A stretch of 49,695 nucleotides of DNA. Origin: Solirubrobacteraceae bacterium. Lineage in GTDB: Bacteria > Actinomycetota > Thermoleophilia > Solirubrobacterales > Solirubrobacteraceae. Positions 1 to 8,735 of the stretch are shown here, piece after piece; the first letter of the stretch is position 1, and each line of letters starts with the position of its first letter. A program made the position numbers and the translations under genes. Where the stretch lies: the NCBI GenBank assembly GCA_036402735.1, contig DASWSH010000212.1, forward strand, positions 1 through 49,695. The letters run 5' to 3'. Below the pieces are notes generated by a model that was not told the origin of the DNA, did not search any database, and saw only the letters and a program-made list of their open reading frames with translations.

Positions 1-168
1 CTTGATCGCGGCCACACCCTCGAAAGTCCCGAGGCCCGCGTCGGTCACGTCGAACACTGCGTCGGCAGCGTAGAAACACATGAGCGCATCGGCCTGATGC
101 CTGTTCGCGGCGTCAAGGCTCCGCCGCGTGAGCTCGACCCAATCGGGGGTCGTGGACTCCTCAGGCAT
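1..168 (-). CDS. SnoaL-like/NTF2 family protein, N-terminal part (runs off window edge)
   Basis: Manual translation from ATG at 168: MPEESTTPDWVELTRRSLDAANRHQADALMCFYAADAVFDVTDAGLGTFEGVAAIK, a typical SnoaL-like N-terminus. Not in the ORF track because truncated. Same upstream motif as the 9402-9800 paralog. Confidence 0.8.
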   Translation of the reverse strand, partial: MPEESTTPDWVELTRRSLDAANRHQADALMCFYAADAVFDVTDAGLGTFEGVAAIK

Positions 169-450
169 CACCCGGCCAGTATCCCGCCTGCCGGATCGCC
201 GGGAAGGCTCAGGCCGATGTCTGACCTCGGACGCCTCCGCTCCGCACGCGCCCTCTTCGCCGACACGGTCGGGCAGCCGCTCGCCCCGTGGCAGGCCGAC
301 GCCGCACTCGGCGATGATCGAGCGTCCGTCCCAAACCGCCCAGCTGATCCTGAGCTACTCCTTCGGCTCCGTCGCGACGCAGCGGCGCGCCAAGGTCCCG
401 GTGCGGGCCCGCGCGATCCAGCCGGCCCCGGGCTGAGCTGGCCTGTGCTG

Positions 451-1230
451 CTAGTGGCTGTGACCGCCCCGCACCGTCCTCCAGGATTGCCACGTGATCC
501 GCAAGATCACAGTCGTTATGCCGAGGCCGATCAGCGGATCGCCGACGTCTAGCCCCAGGGCCACGACAACCGCGGAGGCGATCACGGCGAGGCTCACGTA
601 TGCGTCAGCCCGGGCATGATGCCCATCGGCAATCAAAGCCCGGCTTTCGAGGCGGCGCCCAGCGCTGAGGCGGATCCGGGCCGCGACGAAGTTGCCGGCG
701 TAGCCGATCGCCCCCGCGAGCGCTAGTACGACGAGATGCGTGGGCGGCGACGGATCGATCAGGCGCTGCACAGCCTCTACTCCAGCAACACAGGCACTGG
801 TGAAGATCGCGGCGACAACCGCCAGACCGGCACGGCCCTCGGCGACCTGGGAGCGGAGCGCGAACGCGATGCCAAGCGGCACCGCGGTCAGCGCGTCGCC
901 GAAGTTGTGAATCAGGTCGGCGAGCAGGGCGATACTGCCGCTCGCAATGAAGACCGCCGTCTGAGCGGCGGCGGCGAGACCGAGCACCGCGAGCGAGAGG
1001 GAGACTGCGCGGATGCCCTCCCGCGAGCGTTTGATGCTGTCGTCGATCAGACCGTGCGAGTGACCGTGCCTTCCGTGGTCGTGGTGGTGCGCATCGCCGC
1101 GACGATGATCGACCGACCCACCCGACTCGATGGGCATCGCAGGAGCTGGGCGCAAGATGTGCCGATGGCGCCCGGCGTGCGGATGGCTATGAACGTGCCG
1201 GCCGTGCTGGTGGGCGAAGGTATCGCTCAT
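451..1230 (-). CDS. Cation diffusion facilitator (CDF) transporter with His-rich N-terminus
   Basis: ALLADLIHNFGD and ADGHHARAD metal-site motifs, about six hydrophobic segments, His-rich MSDTFAHQHGRHVHSHPH start. Start moved from 1323 to in-frame ATG 1230. Confidence 0.9.
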   Translation of the reverse strand: MSDTFAHQHGRHVHSHPHAGRHRHILRPAPAMPIESGGSVDHRRGDAHHHDHGRHGHSHGLIDDSIKRSREGIRAVSLSLAVLGLAAAAQTAVFIASGSIALLADLIHNFGDALTAVPLGIAFALRSQVAEGRAGLAVVAAIFTSACVAGVEAVQRLIDPSPPTHLVVLALAGAIGYAGNFVAARIRLSAGRRLESRALIADGHHARADAYVSLAVIASAVVVALGLDVGDPLIGLGITTVILRITWQSWRTVRGGHSH

Positions 1231-1372
1231 CGATCCCATCTTGCACGATCGGCACCACACTCCCGAGCGGACGCGGAACTTGGTCCCCGACTCGTCAAAA
1301 TGACCTGCCCTACCTGAGCTCACTGGCCTAGATTTGGCTCTAGAAAGCCGATCTGAAGGTCATGCGCGCCAA

Positions 1373-1415
1373 TGATAATCCGCGTGTCAGGGGTTTGGAG
1401 TCCCGCCTCCGGCAC
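1373..1415 (+). pseudogene. Degenerate tRNA 3'-half (tRNA-Phe-like), possible att-site remnant
   Basis: TGATAATCCGCGTGTCAGGGGTTTGGAGTCCCGCCTCCGGCAC resembles the anticodon-loop to acceptor end of bacterial tRNA-Phe (TGAAAATCCnCGTGTCnGnGGTTCGAnTCCnnn..GGCAC). No 5' half present. Confidence 0.5.
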
Positions 1416-1511
1416 TGGCTGTTTGGCTGTGGAATGCGGGTTTGCGGCATCGCGCCACAGCACCGAGGGCGATCTCGGTCGACCCGCTACCCGGCGCAGT
1501 CCGCTCGACCG

Positions 1512-1892
1512 CTAGCGGAAAGGCGGGTGGTGGGGGTGCGGCTTGCCGCTGAAAAGTCCCAGGAAGCCGATGAGGCTGAGGGCCAGCCATATCACCGCGA
1601 ACACAATCGTGTATCCGCGCACGATCCGCGGCCGCATCGAGAAGTTCGTCCAGCGCTGGAGCGACTTCACCCCGAGCGTGTCTGCAAACGCTTTCTGGCT
1701 AGCGATCATCGCTTCGCTGAACCGCCGGTTCCAGACGAGCATCGCCGCGCCGACGGCGACCCAAATGATGAGGATCGGGTGGATTGTCGCCAGCAGCACC
1801 GAGGGGACTTCTACCCCGCGCGTGCGGATCGGCCCATGCATGGCTCGATGAGGTACGAGCGGAAGTCGCGGGTGGACGGTCTGGTTGAGCAT
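1512..1892 (-). CDS. Hypothetical membrane protein
   Basis: Two hydrophobic segments (LIIWVAVGAAMLVW; YTIVFAVIWLALSLIGFLGLF). Start uncertain. Confidence 0.5.
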   Translation of the reverse strand: MLNQTVHPRLPLVPHRAMHGPIRTRGVEVPSVLLATIHPILIIWVAVGAAMLVWNRRFSEAMIASQKAFADTLGVKSLQRWTNFSMRPRIVRGYTIVFAVIWLALSLIGFLGLFSGKPHPHHPPFR

Positions 1893-1960
1893 CGGTTGCC
1901 TTCTGTAGAGGATGGTTGTCCTCTCTCCAACCAGACCGGGCCCGGGCGTTCCGGTCGAGG

Positions 1961-2113
1961 TCAGCCTCGGTGACGACGGAGCAGAGCGATGCCAGCGAGC
2001 ACGCCCAGGGCAGGCAGCACGAACAGTTGCCGGCCGTAGCCGACGATCACCAGGATCACCAGCATCAGCAGTAGCGCAACGACCAACTGGGCAATCCGAA
2101 TGACCGGGCCCAC
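1961..2113 (-). CDS. Small (50 aa) two-TM membrane protein
   Basis: Manual translation GTG..TGA: MGPVIRIAQLVVALLLMLVILVIVGYGRQLFVLPALGVLAGIALLRRHRG. GAGG 6 nt upstream. Shorter than any ORF in the track. Confidence 0.55.
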   Translation of the reverse strand: MGPVIRIAQLVVALLLMLVILVIVGYGRQLFVLPALGVLAGIALLRRHRG

Positions 2114-2163
2114 GAGTAGCCTCTACCCGCTCGTCTGTAGGGGACGTGAGGCGGTCGGAGCGC

Positions 2164-2779
2164 TCATACGGCTGGGTAGCCGTTCGCTGGTGCCGCCGAT
2201 GTACAGGGCTGCTTGATCGACGTTGAGCCCACTACGGTTGTAGGTGCTCCTGCCGTCGTTATGGCTCTGTTGAGCAGGCTTGTCGCGTCGACCGTGCTCC
2301 CCGACTGCGCCCGAACCTTGGCCGACATGAAGTAGTCGAAGTACCGGCCTGATCGTCTGCCTCTTTGCACGGTAGGAATCCGAATCGTCTTCCCGCTTGT
2401 GAGGAGGATCGACAGCGATTCGACTCTTGGATCACCGAATTTTCTCCATTCGACACGGGGTGACATCCGGCCATCCGAGACGCTTCGTGAGGAATGCCCC
2501 GTGAAGGGTTATCCCGCGGCGGCCTATCGAGAAGCCCATCCGTCGCGTGAACCATGCGTCGCATACGCCAACGACGGCTACGGTAATTACGGTGCGGACC
2601 AGCCGGTCGCTGGCCGACGCACTCTGCAGTACATCAGGCCCTACGAACAACGAAGTCAGCCAGATAGCCATGATCAGGCGGATCGCCCGACGGGCGTGGG
2701 CCCATTGGTAGCGGTCCTGCAGGATGTGCGGGTCGTCCGGCTGCTCACCGGCTGGATCAGCCGCCATCTGCAAGGACAC
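2164..2779 (-). pseudogene. Frameshifted membrane protein with bacterial PH-like domain
   Basis: ORFs 2432-2779 and 2164-2466 join into ...GITLHGAFLTKRLGWPDVTRVEWRKFGDPRVESLSILLTSGKTIRIP if one G of the GGGG run at 2457-2460 is removed. Confidence 0.6.
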
Positions 2780-2861
2780 ATCGGCGCGCGCTCGGTACTA
2801 CCGAAAGAGGCCAGCGAGCCGAGCCGAGAAATCAGGCTACGAAGTTGCCAGCTCGAACCGG

Positions 2862-3914
2862 CTACAGCTTGGCCGCGTAGACAGCCGAGGCTGCGAGCCT
2901 GGGACCTCCTTTACCTTCTTCGACGAGCCGCGTCGCCGCGACCCAGAACAACGTTGGTCCCGCATGGGAGGAGTAGCCGAGCGCTCCGTGCTGCTTTTCA
3001 GTGCCCGAGATCGTGTCCAGAAGCGGGAGCGGCAGGCTATGTCGCCTTCCGGTTGCCAGCTGGTAGGTCCACAGCCGGCCGGTGCGTATGTTTTCTTCTT
3101 CGTGGCTTACCGTGGCTTGATGGCCCGTGTCCCAGCTGAGCAGGCCGCCGGCGATGGTCAAGTTCGCGGGCTCAGGGGCAGTGGCGATCAGCTTCGTGTG
3201 ATGATGGCAGCCCGTCAGGCGGATGCGCTTGATCGGCGCTTCGCCGTGCTGCACGGTTTCTGCGAGCAGGCCGTCGTGATAGGCGAAGTCGCGAGGGAAG
3301 GCGTTGGCCAAGTCGGCCCCAAGCTTTCGTCTAAGGGCTTCGCACACGGTTGGCGCTCCAGGGCGGTTTAGATCCGAGATCTGCCGTCCAGGGCGATAGC
3401 TGATCGACGCCGTCGCGAGGTCATAGAGCACGATACACCTGGGTCCGCCTTCGTAGTGGGATTCTTCCTTCACTTCTCGAGCGGAGTGATGGCAGTCTTG
3501 CGGAACGGCACCACCTTCTACAAAGCGAGTCCCGATCGCTTTCCATCCTCCACCGAGCAAGCCCTTGGGGTTCGGCAGGAGGGTCGTCGCGCCGTTCGCT
3601 GCGTTCAGCACAGAAATGCCGTCAGTGCAGGTAACCAGGAAGCGCCCTCCACTTGCCACGGGCCCTTGTTCTTCGTTTTCACCGCCAACCTCACAGCCGG
3701 CAAAGCTTGCCCGCTTGCCCGTTCGCGTGTCGAGCACCACGACCGGCGACCCGGTCGTAGCCAGCTGCCACGCGACGTACCGCGTGCCGTCGCTCTCGAA
3801 CGCTCCCACGTTGGATGCAAGACGGCGAAACGAGGAGACTTGCCCATCCGCCTGAGGCATCGTGAGCGATAGCGTGCTCGAGATCGCGAGTATGAGAAAC
3901 ACCACGCGTGCCAT
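2862..3914 (-). CDS. Hypothetical secreted protein
   Basis: Signal-peptide-like MARVVFLILAISSTLSLTMPQADG; beta-rich body with several Cys; no family recognised. Confidence 0.7.
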   Translation of the reverse strand: MARVVFLILAISSTLSLTMPQADGQVSSFRRLASNVGAFESDGTRYVAWQLATTGSPVVVLDTRTGKRASFAGCEVGGENEEQGPVASGGRFLVTCTDGISVLNAANGATTLLPNPKGLLGGGWKAIGTRFVEGGAVPQDCHHSAREVKEESHYEGGPRCIVLYDLATASISYRPGRQISDLNRPGAPTVCEALRRKLGADLANAFPRDFAYHDGLLAETVQHGEAPIKRIRLTGCHHHTKLIATAPEPANLTIAGGLLSWDTGHQATVSHEEENIRTGRLWTYQLATGRRHSLPLPLLDTISGTEKQHGALGYSSHAGPTLFWVAATRLVEEGKGGPRLAASAVYAAKL

Positions 3915-4160
3915 CGCCGGGCCAAGTCGTTGCCGCGCGCGATGCCTTGTCCGGTACGCCACCTCTCAAAACAACACCGACATGCTCCGCAGGTTGCGGG
4001 ATAAGCATGTGCCGCCGGCGTCTCTTGGCATAGTTGCGGCTTACGCTTTCAAGCACTCGGCATTGTGCGAACTACTCGTATCGGGCAAGCTCATGGTACC
4101 TGCTGATGCTTCTCATTTGGCGCCTCTGGCGGGTGCTAGGCCACCGACCCCAACGCACTG

Positions 4161-4191
4161 AGCCGGGCAGCGGCGGTCCCGCCACCCGGCT
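4161..4191 (-). terminator. GC-rich hairpin downstream of FAD oxidoreductase
   Basis: AGCCGGG..GGCGG-tc-CCGCC..CCCGGCT ends about 23 nt past the stop codon; no U-tract. Confidence 0.4.
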
Positions 4192-4214
4192 GCTGTGTGC
4201 ACTCGGTCAGCTGC

Positions 4215-5615
4215 TCAGGCGGGGTCGATGTTCTGGTTGAGCCTGAACACGTTCGTCGGGTCGTAGGCTCGCTTCAGCTCGACGAGCCGCTCGTAGGTCT
4301 GCGGTCCGTACGCGCTCGCGGCCCCCCCGGTGTCTCCGAGGAAGTTCACGTACGCGCGTCCCGTCGATGCCTCCGCCGCGGCAGCGATCACCGCGCGCGC
4401 CCAGTTGGCGTGCGCGTCAGCGGCCTCGGCTTCCTGCCAACCGGTGACGGCGTTCAGGACGTACGGCATCGTGCGCTCGGGGAAGGCGGTATCGCCGTCC
4501 GCGACCCTCGCCACCGCACCGCCCATCTGGTGGACGTGGATCTCGCATTGCGGTCCAGGCGCGCCCTGGTGCTGCTCGCACAGGCGCGCGATCAGCTCGT
4601 CGTCGAGCTGCGCGAGATTGGTCGCCTTGAAGTAGGCGTGGATGCCCTTCGGCCACAACGGGTCGATCAGCGTTTGCATCGCGGTGTACGGCATCGGCCC
4701 GAGCAGGTCGGCGACCGGCTCGGCCACCTCTCGGAACGAGCTGAACTCGCCCGCGGCCTCGTCCAGCGGGGCTGTTGAGACCGCGATCAGCGCGATCACC
4801 TTCTTGCCGTGCCACTCCTCGGGAACGACCGGTAGGGGCGGTGCCGTCGTCAGGTTCAGCGCCGCGGTGATCTCGTCGGGCGCGTTCGGCGCCCACTCGC
4901 GGAACACGCGCATGAGCTCGGCGTCGTGCTCCGCGGAGAAGAAGATCAGGCCCGCGTACAGCATCGGCCCGACCGGGTGGACCTCGAGCTCGAACTGCGT
5001 GACGATGCCGAAGTTGCCGGCGCCGCCGCGCAGGCCCCACAGCAGGTCGGCGTTCTCAGTCTCGCTCGCGTGCACCAGACGCCCGTCCGCAGTGACGACG
5101 TCGGCAGCGACAAGGTTGTCGCAGGCGAGGCCGTGCTTGCGCATCAGCCAACCGATCCCTCCTCCGAGCGTGAATCCTGCGACGCCCGTGGTGGAGACCA
5201 GACCGCCCGTGGTGGCGAGCCCATGTGCCTGCGTCTCGTGATCCACGTCGCCCCAGACCGCTCCGGGACCGACGTACGCACGCCCTGCCTGCGGGTCCAC
5301 GCGCACCGAGCGCATCTCCGACAGGTCGATGACGAGCCCGTCGTCGCAGCTCGAGAACCCGGCGATGCTGTGCCCTCCGCCACGAACCGCGATCGCGAGG
5401 TCGTTGCTGCGGGCAAAACCGACCGCAGCGATCACGTCTGCCGCGCCGCTGCAGACGATGATCGCCGCCGGGTGGCGCTCATCGAACGCTCCGTTCCAGA
5501 TCTTGCAGCGCTCGGCGTATTGGTCGTCGCCCGGACGGACGACAGCCCCGCGGATCGCTTCTCGCAGCTCCTGCACCGTTGCATCCCCGAGGACCGGGGC
5601 GATTGTTGCGCTCAT
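4215..5615 (-). CDS. FAD-binding oxidoreductase, berberine-bridge/6-HDNO family
   Basis: AVRGGGHS covalent-flavin motif, TTGVAGFTLGGGIGWL, C-terminal YVNF..YGPQTYERLVELKRAYDPTNVFRLNQNI (BBE domain). Confidence 0.95.
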   Translation of the reverse strand: MSATIAPVLGDATVQELREAIRGAVVRPGDDQYAERCKIWNGAFDERHPAAIIVCSGAADVIAAVGFARSNDLAIAVRGGGHSIAGFSSCDDGLVIDLSEMRSVRVDPQAGRAYVGPGAVWGDVDHETQAHGLATTGGLVSTTGVAGFTLGGGIGWLMRKHGLACDNLVAADVVTADGRLVHASETENADLLWGLRGGAGNFGIVTQFELEVHPVGPMLYAGLIFFSAEHDAELMRVFREWAPNAPDEITAALNLTTAPPLPVVPEEWHGKKVIALIAVSTAPLDEAAGEFSSFREVAEPVADLLGPMPYTAMQTLIDPLWPKGIHAYFKATNLAQLDDELIARLCEQHQGAPGPQCEIHVHQMGGAVARVADGDTAFPERTMPYVLNAVTGWQEAEAADAHANWARAVIAAAAEASTGRAYVNFLGDTGGAASAYGPQTYERLVELKRAYDPTNVFRLNQNIDPA

Positions 5616-8608
5616 CGTTGCCTCCGTTTCGTTTTCGCGTTGGCAGCAGTCCTACGGGGCGGGGCTTTGCGCGGACTTTGCAAAGCCTTGGCGCGCGCCT
5701 GCATCGCGCTGGCGCCAGACTCCGAACCACCTGCGCGGTAGTGGTCGCGAGCCAGCTCGAACAGCTCGGTGGCACGTTCGGGCTCGTCGCGCAGCAGCGC
5801 CACCTCGCCGAGCGTTCCAACGGTGACCGCGATCCACCCGAGCCGCTCGGTCTCCCCTACCACCGCGCGCGCCTCGAGCAACAGCGTCTCCGCTTCGTCC
5901 GGTAGACCGCGCACGATCGCGAGGTCCGCAGCTCGCCACAGGGCGCTCACGAGTCCCCAGCGGTCGCCGGCGCGACGAAACAGCTGACGCGCCTCCAGCA
6001 AAGGCTGCTCGGCGTTCAGGTACTCGCCGCTCACGGTCTCCACCAGGCCGAGCGCGAGCAACGCCATGCCGACGCCGCGGCGATCTCGCATCGAGCGTCG
6101 CAGCTGCAGGGCGCGTTCCAGACACGAGCGCGCGCGGTCGGGCGCGTCTTCTGCGAGCTCGAGGTAGGCACGCCGCACCAGTACGTCGGCCTCACCGCGC
6201 TCGTCGTGCGCCCGCTTGAAGCGGTCGGCCGCCTCATCCAGCAGCGCGCCCGCCCTCGCGAACTCGCCACGCACACGCGCCAACGTCGCCTGGTTGGCCA
6301 GCACATACGACACCGCCGTCTCGCACGAGATCGTGATGAACGGCTGCAGCGTCTCCTCGAAGACGATCCGCAGCCCCGGTTGCCCGGAGGGATCGGCCGA
6401 GCGCATCTCGGCCATGTTCAGCAGCGACAGGATCCGCTCGCCTGAGCCGGCGAGGGCGCGAAACGCGGCCGCGCTCTCCACCAGTAGCGCCTCGGCCGAT
6501 GAGAGATCGCCGAGCAGCCACTGCGCGACGGCCATCGAGTAGATGGAGACGGCCTCCCCGGCGCGCAGGCCCGCGCGCTTCGCCTGGCGACGAGCCGCCG
6601 CAAGCACCTGCAGTGCTCTGCTCCCGGCGTCGTAGCCGATATCGAACTCCCCGAGCCGCTGCAGCGCACGCCATTGCGCCGCGGCATCGCCCAGCTCGAT
6701 CGCGATCTCATGGCTCTCCTGGACGTGCCGGGAGCCGCACGCGAGATCGCCCGAGCGGTAGTCGATCGCCGAAAGTGCCAACAGCGCGTCTGCACGCAGG
6801 CTCGAGCGCTCCGGCATCGCCGACAGACTCTCGGTCATGCGCTCATGCGCCTCGCGCAGGTCGATACGGCGCATCCAGAACGGCGTCAACGCAAGGCAGT
6901 AGCGAATCGCGTCGCTGGGATCGCGCGCGAGCAGCGCTCGATGCGCGGCACGGAGATTCGCCGCCTCGCGGTCGAGTGCCGGCGTGTCGCCATCGCGCTG
7001 CGCCGTCGCCAAGGCCCAATGCGCGTGCCGCTCCGCCAGCGCGCCCGTCTCATCAGCCTCTTTCAGCCGCTCGACGGCGTACAGGCGAACGGTCTCGAGC
7101 AGGTGATAACGGCGGTTGCCACCGATCTGTTCGGCGCTGACCAGCGATTTCTCGACCAGCCGGGCCAACACCTCGGCAATGGCCTCGAGATCCAGCCCCT
7201 CTCCCGCGCACACCTCCTCCGCGGCCGACAGCTCGAAGCCGCCGGCGAAGATGCTGAGCCGCCGCAGCAAGCGCTTCTCGTCGTCCTCCAGCAGATCGTG
7301 GCTCCACTGCAGCGTCGCCTCGAGCGTCTGCTGACGCGTGGGCCCGACGCGGCTGCCGCTCCGCAGCAGGCTGAAGCTGTCGTCGAGGCGCTCGGCGAGC
7401 GTGGCGGTACCGATCGCGCCGATCCGGGCGGCGGCCAGCTCGAGCGCGAGCGGCAGCCCGTCCAGACGGAAGCAGATGCGCGCGACATCGGCTGCGTTCG
7501 CATCGTCGATCTCGAAATCGGGCATCGCTGCGGTCGCGCGGTCGTTCAGCAGCTGCACCGCCTCATAGCGCAGCAACTCTGACGGCCTCAGCAGCTGCTC
7601 GGGGTCGGGGATCGCCATCGAGGGGACGCGGAACACGACCTCGCCGGCGACGCGGACCGGCTCGCGACTGGTCGCGACAATCGTCAGCTTCGGAGCGACA
7701 CGTAGCAGCGCGTCGACGAGCTCGGCCGTCGCGGACAGCACGTGCTCGCAGTTGTCGAGCACCAGCAGCAGCGTCCGCGGGCCCAGGAAGTCAGCTAAGC
7801 CTTCGAGCGAGGAACGGCCGGGTAGCGTGCCCACGTCGAGTGCCGCCGCGACGCCCGCCGCGACATCGCGGTTGTGGCTCACAGAAGCGAGCTCGACGAA
7901 TGCGCTGCCGTGCTCGAACCCCGCCTCTGCCTCACGCGCAATCTCGAGGGCGAGTCGCGTCTTGCCCGCGCCCCCGGCTCCCGCGAGCGTGAGCATTCGT
8001 GCGCCCTTGAGCAGCGCCAGCAGCTCTTTCAGCTCGTGGCTGCGGCCGACGAACGAGCTCATCTGCGAAGGCAGCGCCGACAACCGTTCCTGGCCGGCGG
8101 CATCGCCGCGGTCTTTGAGCTCCGCGATCAGCTCCTCGACCTCCTCGCGGCGTGAAATCGCCCAGTCGTCGTAGCGGTTCTCGGGCAGCAGCTCGCCGCC
8201 GTAGAGCGCCAGGGCCGCACGGTGGGCGCCGGTCGAGCCGGAACGACGGGCGTGATCAGCCGCCCGTTCGAAGTCGTCGACGTCGACGCTCGCGTGCAGG
8301 ATCAGCAGCTCGTCGCGCAGCTCCACCGCGTCGGCGCCGAGCGCGCGGCGCGCCACGTGCACGACCTGGTGCAGGTTGTTGGCGCCGGCGAGCGGGTCGA
8401 GGTCCGGCCACAGCGCCTCCAGCAGCTGCTCTCGGTGCAGACGATGTGCTGGAGCCAGCGACAGGAGCTTGACGAGCTCCCTGCCCTTGCGCAGCCTCCA
8501 TACCGCCGCGTCCACCGGCTCGCCGTCGCGAGACGCTTGGAACCCGCCGAGCAGCTTGATCGCAACGTCCTCGGCCAGCTCCCCGTGATCATCGGGATCA
8601 TCCGGCAA
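5612..8608 (-). CDS. AfsR/SARP-type regulator: wHTH + partial BTAD + STAND ATPase + TPR repeats
   Basis: IKLLGGF..RLHREQLLEALWPD, ALALYGGELLP, Walker A GAGGAGKT, Walker B LLVLDNCEH, GLPLAL, C-terminal TPRs. 4-nt overlap with the FAD gene. Confidence 0.92.
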   Translation of the reverse strand: MPDDPDDHGELAEDVAIKLLGGFQASRDGEPVDAAVWRLRKGRELVKLLSLAPAHRLHREQLLEALWPDLDPLAGANNLHQVVHVARRALGADAVELRDELLILHASVDVDDFERAADHARRSGSTGAHRAALALYGGELLPENRYDDWAISRREEVEELIAELKDRGDAAGQERLSALPSQMSSFVGRSHELKELLALLKGARMLTLAGAGGAGKTRLALEIAREAEAGFEHGSAFVELASVSHNRDVAAGVAAALDVGTLPGRSSLEGLADFLGPRTLLLVLDNCEHVLSATAELVDALLRVAPKLTIVATSREPVRVAGEVVFRVPSMAIPDPEQLLRPSELLRYEAVQLLNDRATAAMPDFEIDDANAADVARICFRLDGLPLALELAAARIGAIGTATLAERLDDSFSLLRSGSRVGPTRQQTLEATLQWSHDLLEDDEKRLLRRLSIFAGGFELSAAEEVCAGEGLDLEAIAEVLARLVEKSLVSAEQIGGNRRYHLLETVRLYAVERLKEADETGALAERHAHWALATAQRDGDTPALDREAANLRAAHRALLARDPSDAIRYCLALTPFWMRRIDLREAHERMTESLSAMPERSSLRADALLALSAIDYRSGDLACGSRHVQESHEIAIELGDAAAQWRALQRLGEFDIGYDAGSRALQVLAAARRQAKRAGLRAGEAVSIYSMAVAQWLLGDLSSAEALLVESAAAFRALAGSGERILSLLNMAEMRSADPSGQPGLRIVFEETLQPFITISCETAVSYVLANQATLARVRGEFARAGALLDEAADRFKRAHDERGEADVLVRRAYLELAEDAPDRARSCLERALQLRRSMRDRRGVGMALLALGLVETVSGEYLNAEQPLLEARQLFRRAGDRWGLVSALWRAADLAIVRGLPDEAETLLLEARAVVGETERLGWIAVTVGTLGEVALLRDEPERATELFELARDHYRAGGSESGASAMQARAKALQSPRKAPPRRTAANAKTKRRQR
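5665..5692 (-). promoter_or_regulatory. Three 11-bp-period direct repeats GCCAAG/GCAAAG/GCAAAG upstream of FAD oxidoreductase
   Basis: Plus-strand ctttgc at 5665 and 5676, cttggc at 5687; SARP-type spacing. Confidence 0.55.
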
Positions 8609-8651
8609 GCCATCAACCCCCTAGCTGTTGGCCACGGATGTGAACTATCGC

Positions 8652-8679
8652 GCAAAGCGTCGCCAAAGAGAGCGCGAAC
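8652..8679 (+). promoter_or_regulatory. Three 11-bp-period repeats GCAAAG/CCAAAG/GCGAAC upstream of GNAT gene
   Basis: Hexamers at 8652, 8663 and 8674; same motif as 5665-5692. Confidence 0.5.
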
Positions 8680-8735
8680 GGGCGCGTGCGACGGTGCGGC
8701 TGCAATCGCTGAAGCCGAGCAAGGGGGTTCCGAAC

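Noticed and set aside
1330-1420. Intact tRNA gene
   Set aside because: No acceptor 5' strand or D-arm, and the T-loop is mutated; kept only as a fragment.
5612-8608. STAND ATPase as an anti-phage (Avs/NLR-like) system
   Set aside because: The N-terminus is a SARP DNA-binding/BTAD module rather than a nuclease or TIR effector, and operator-like repeats flank it.
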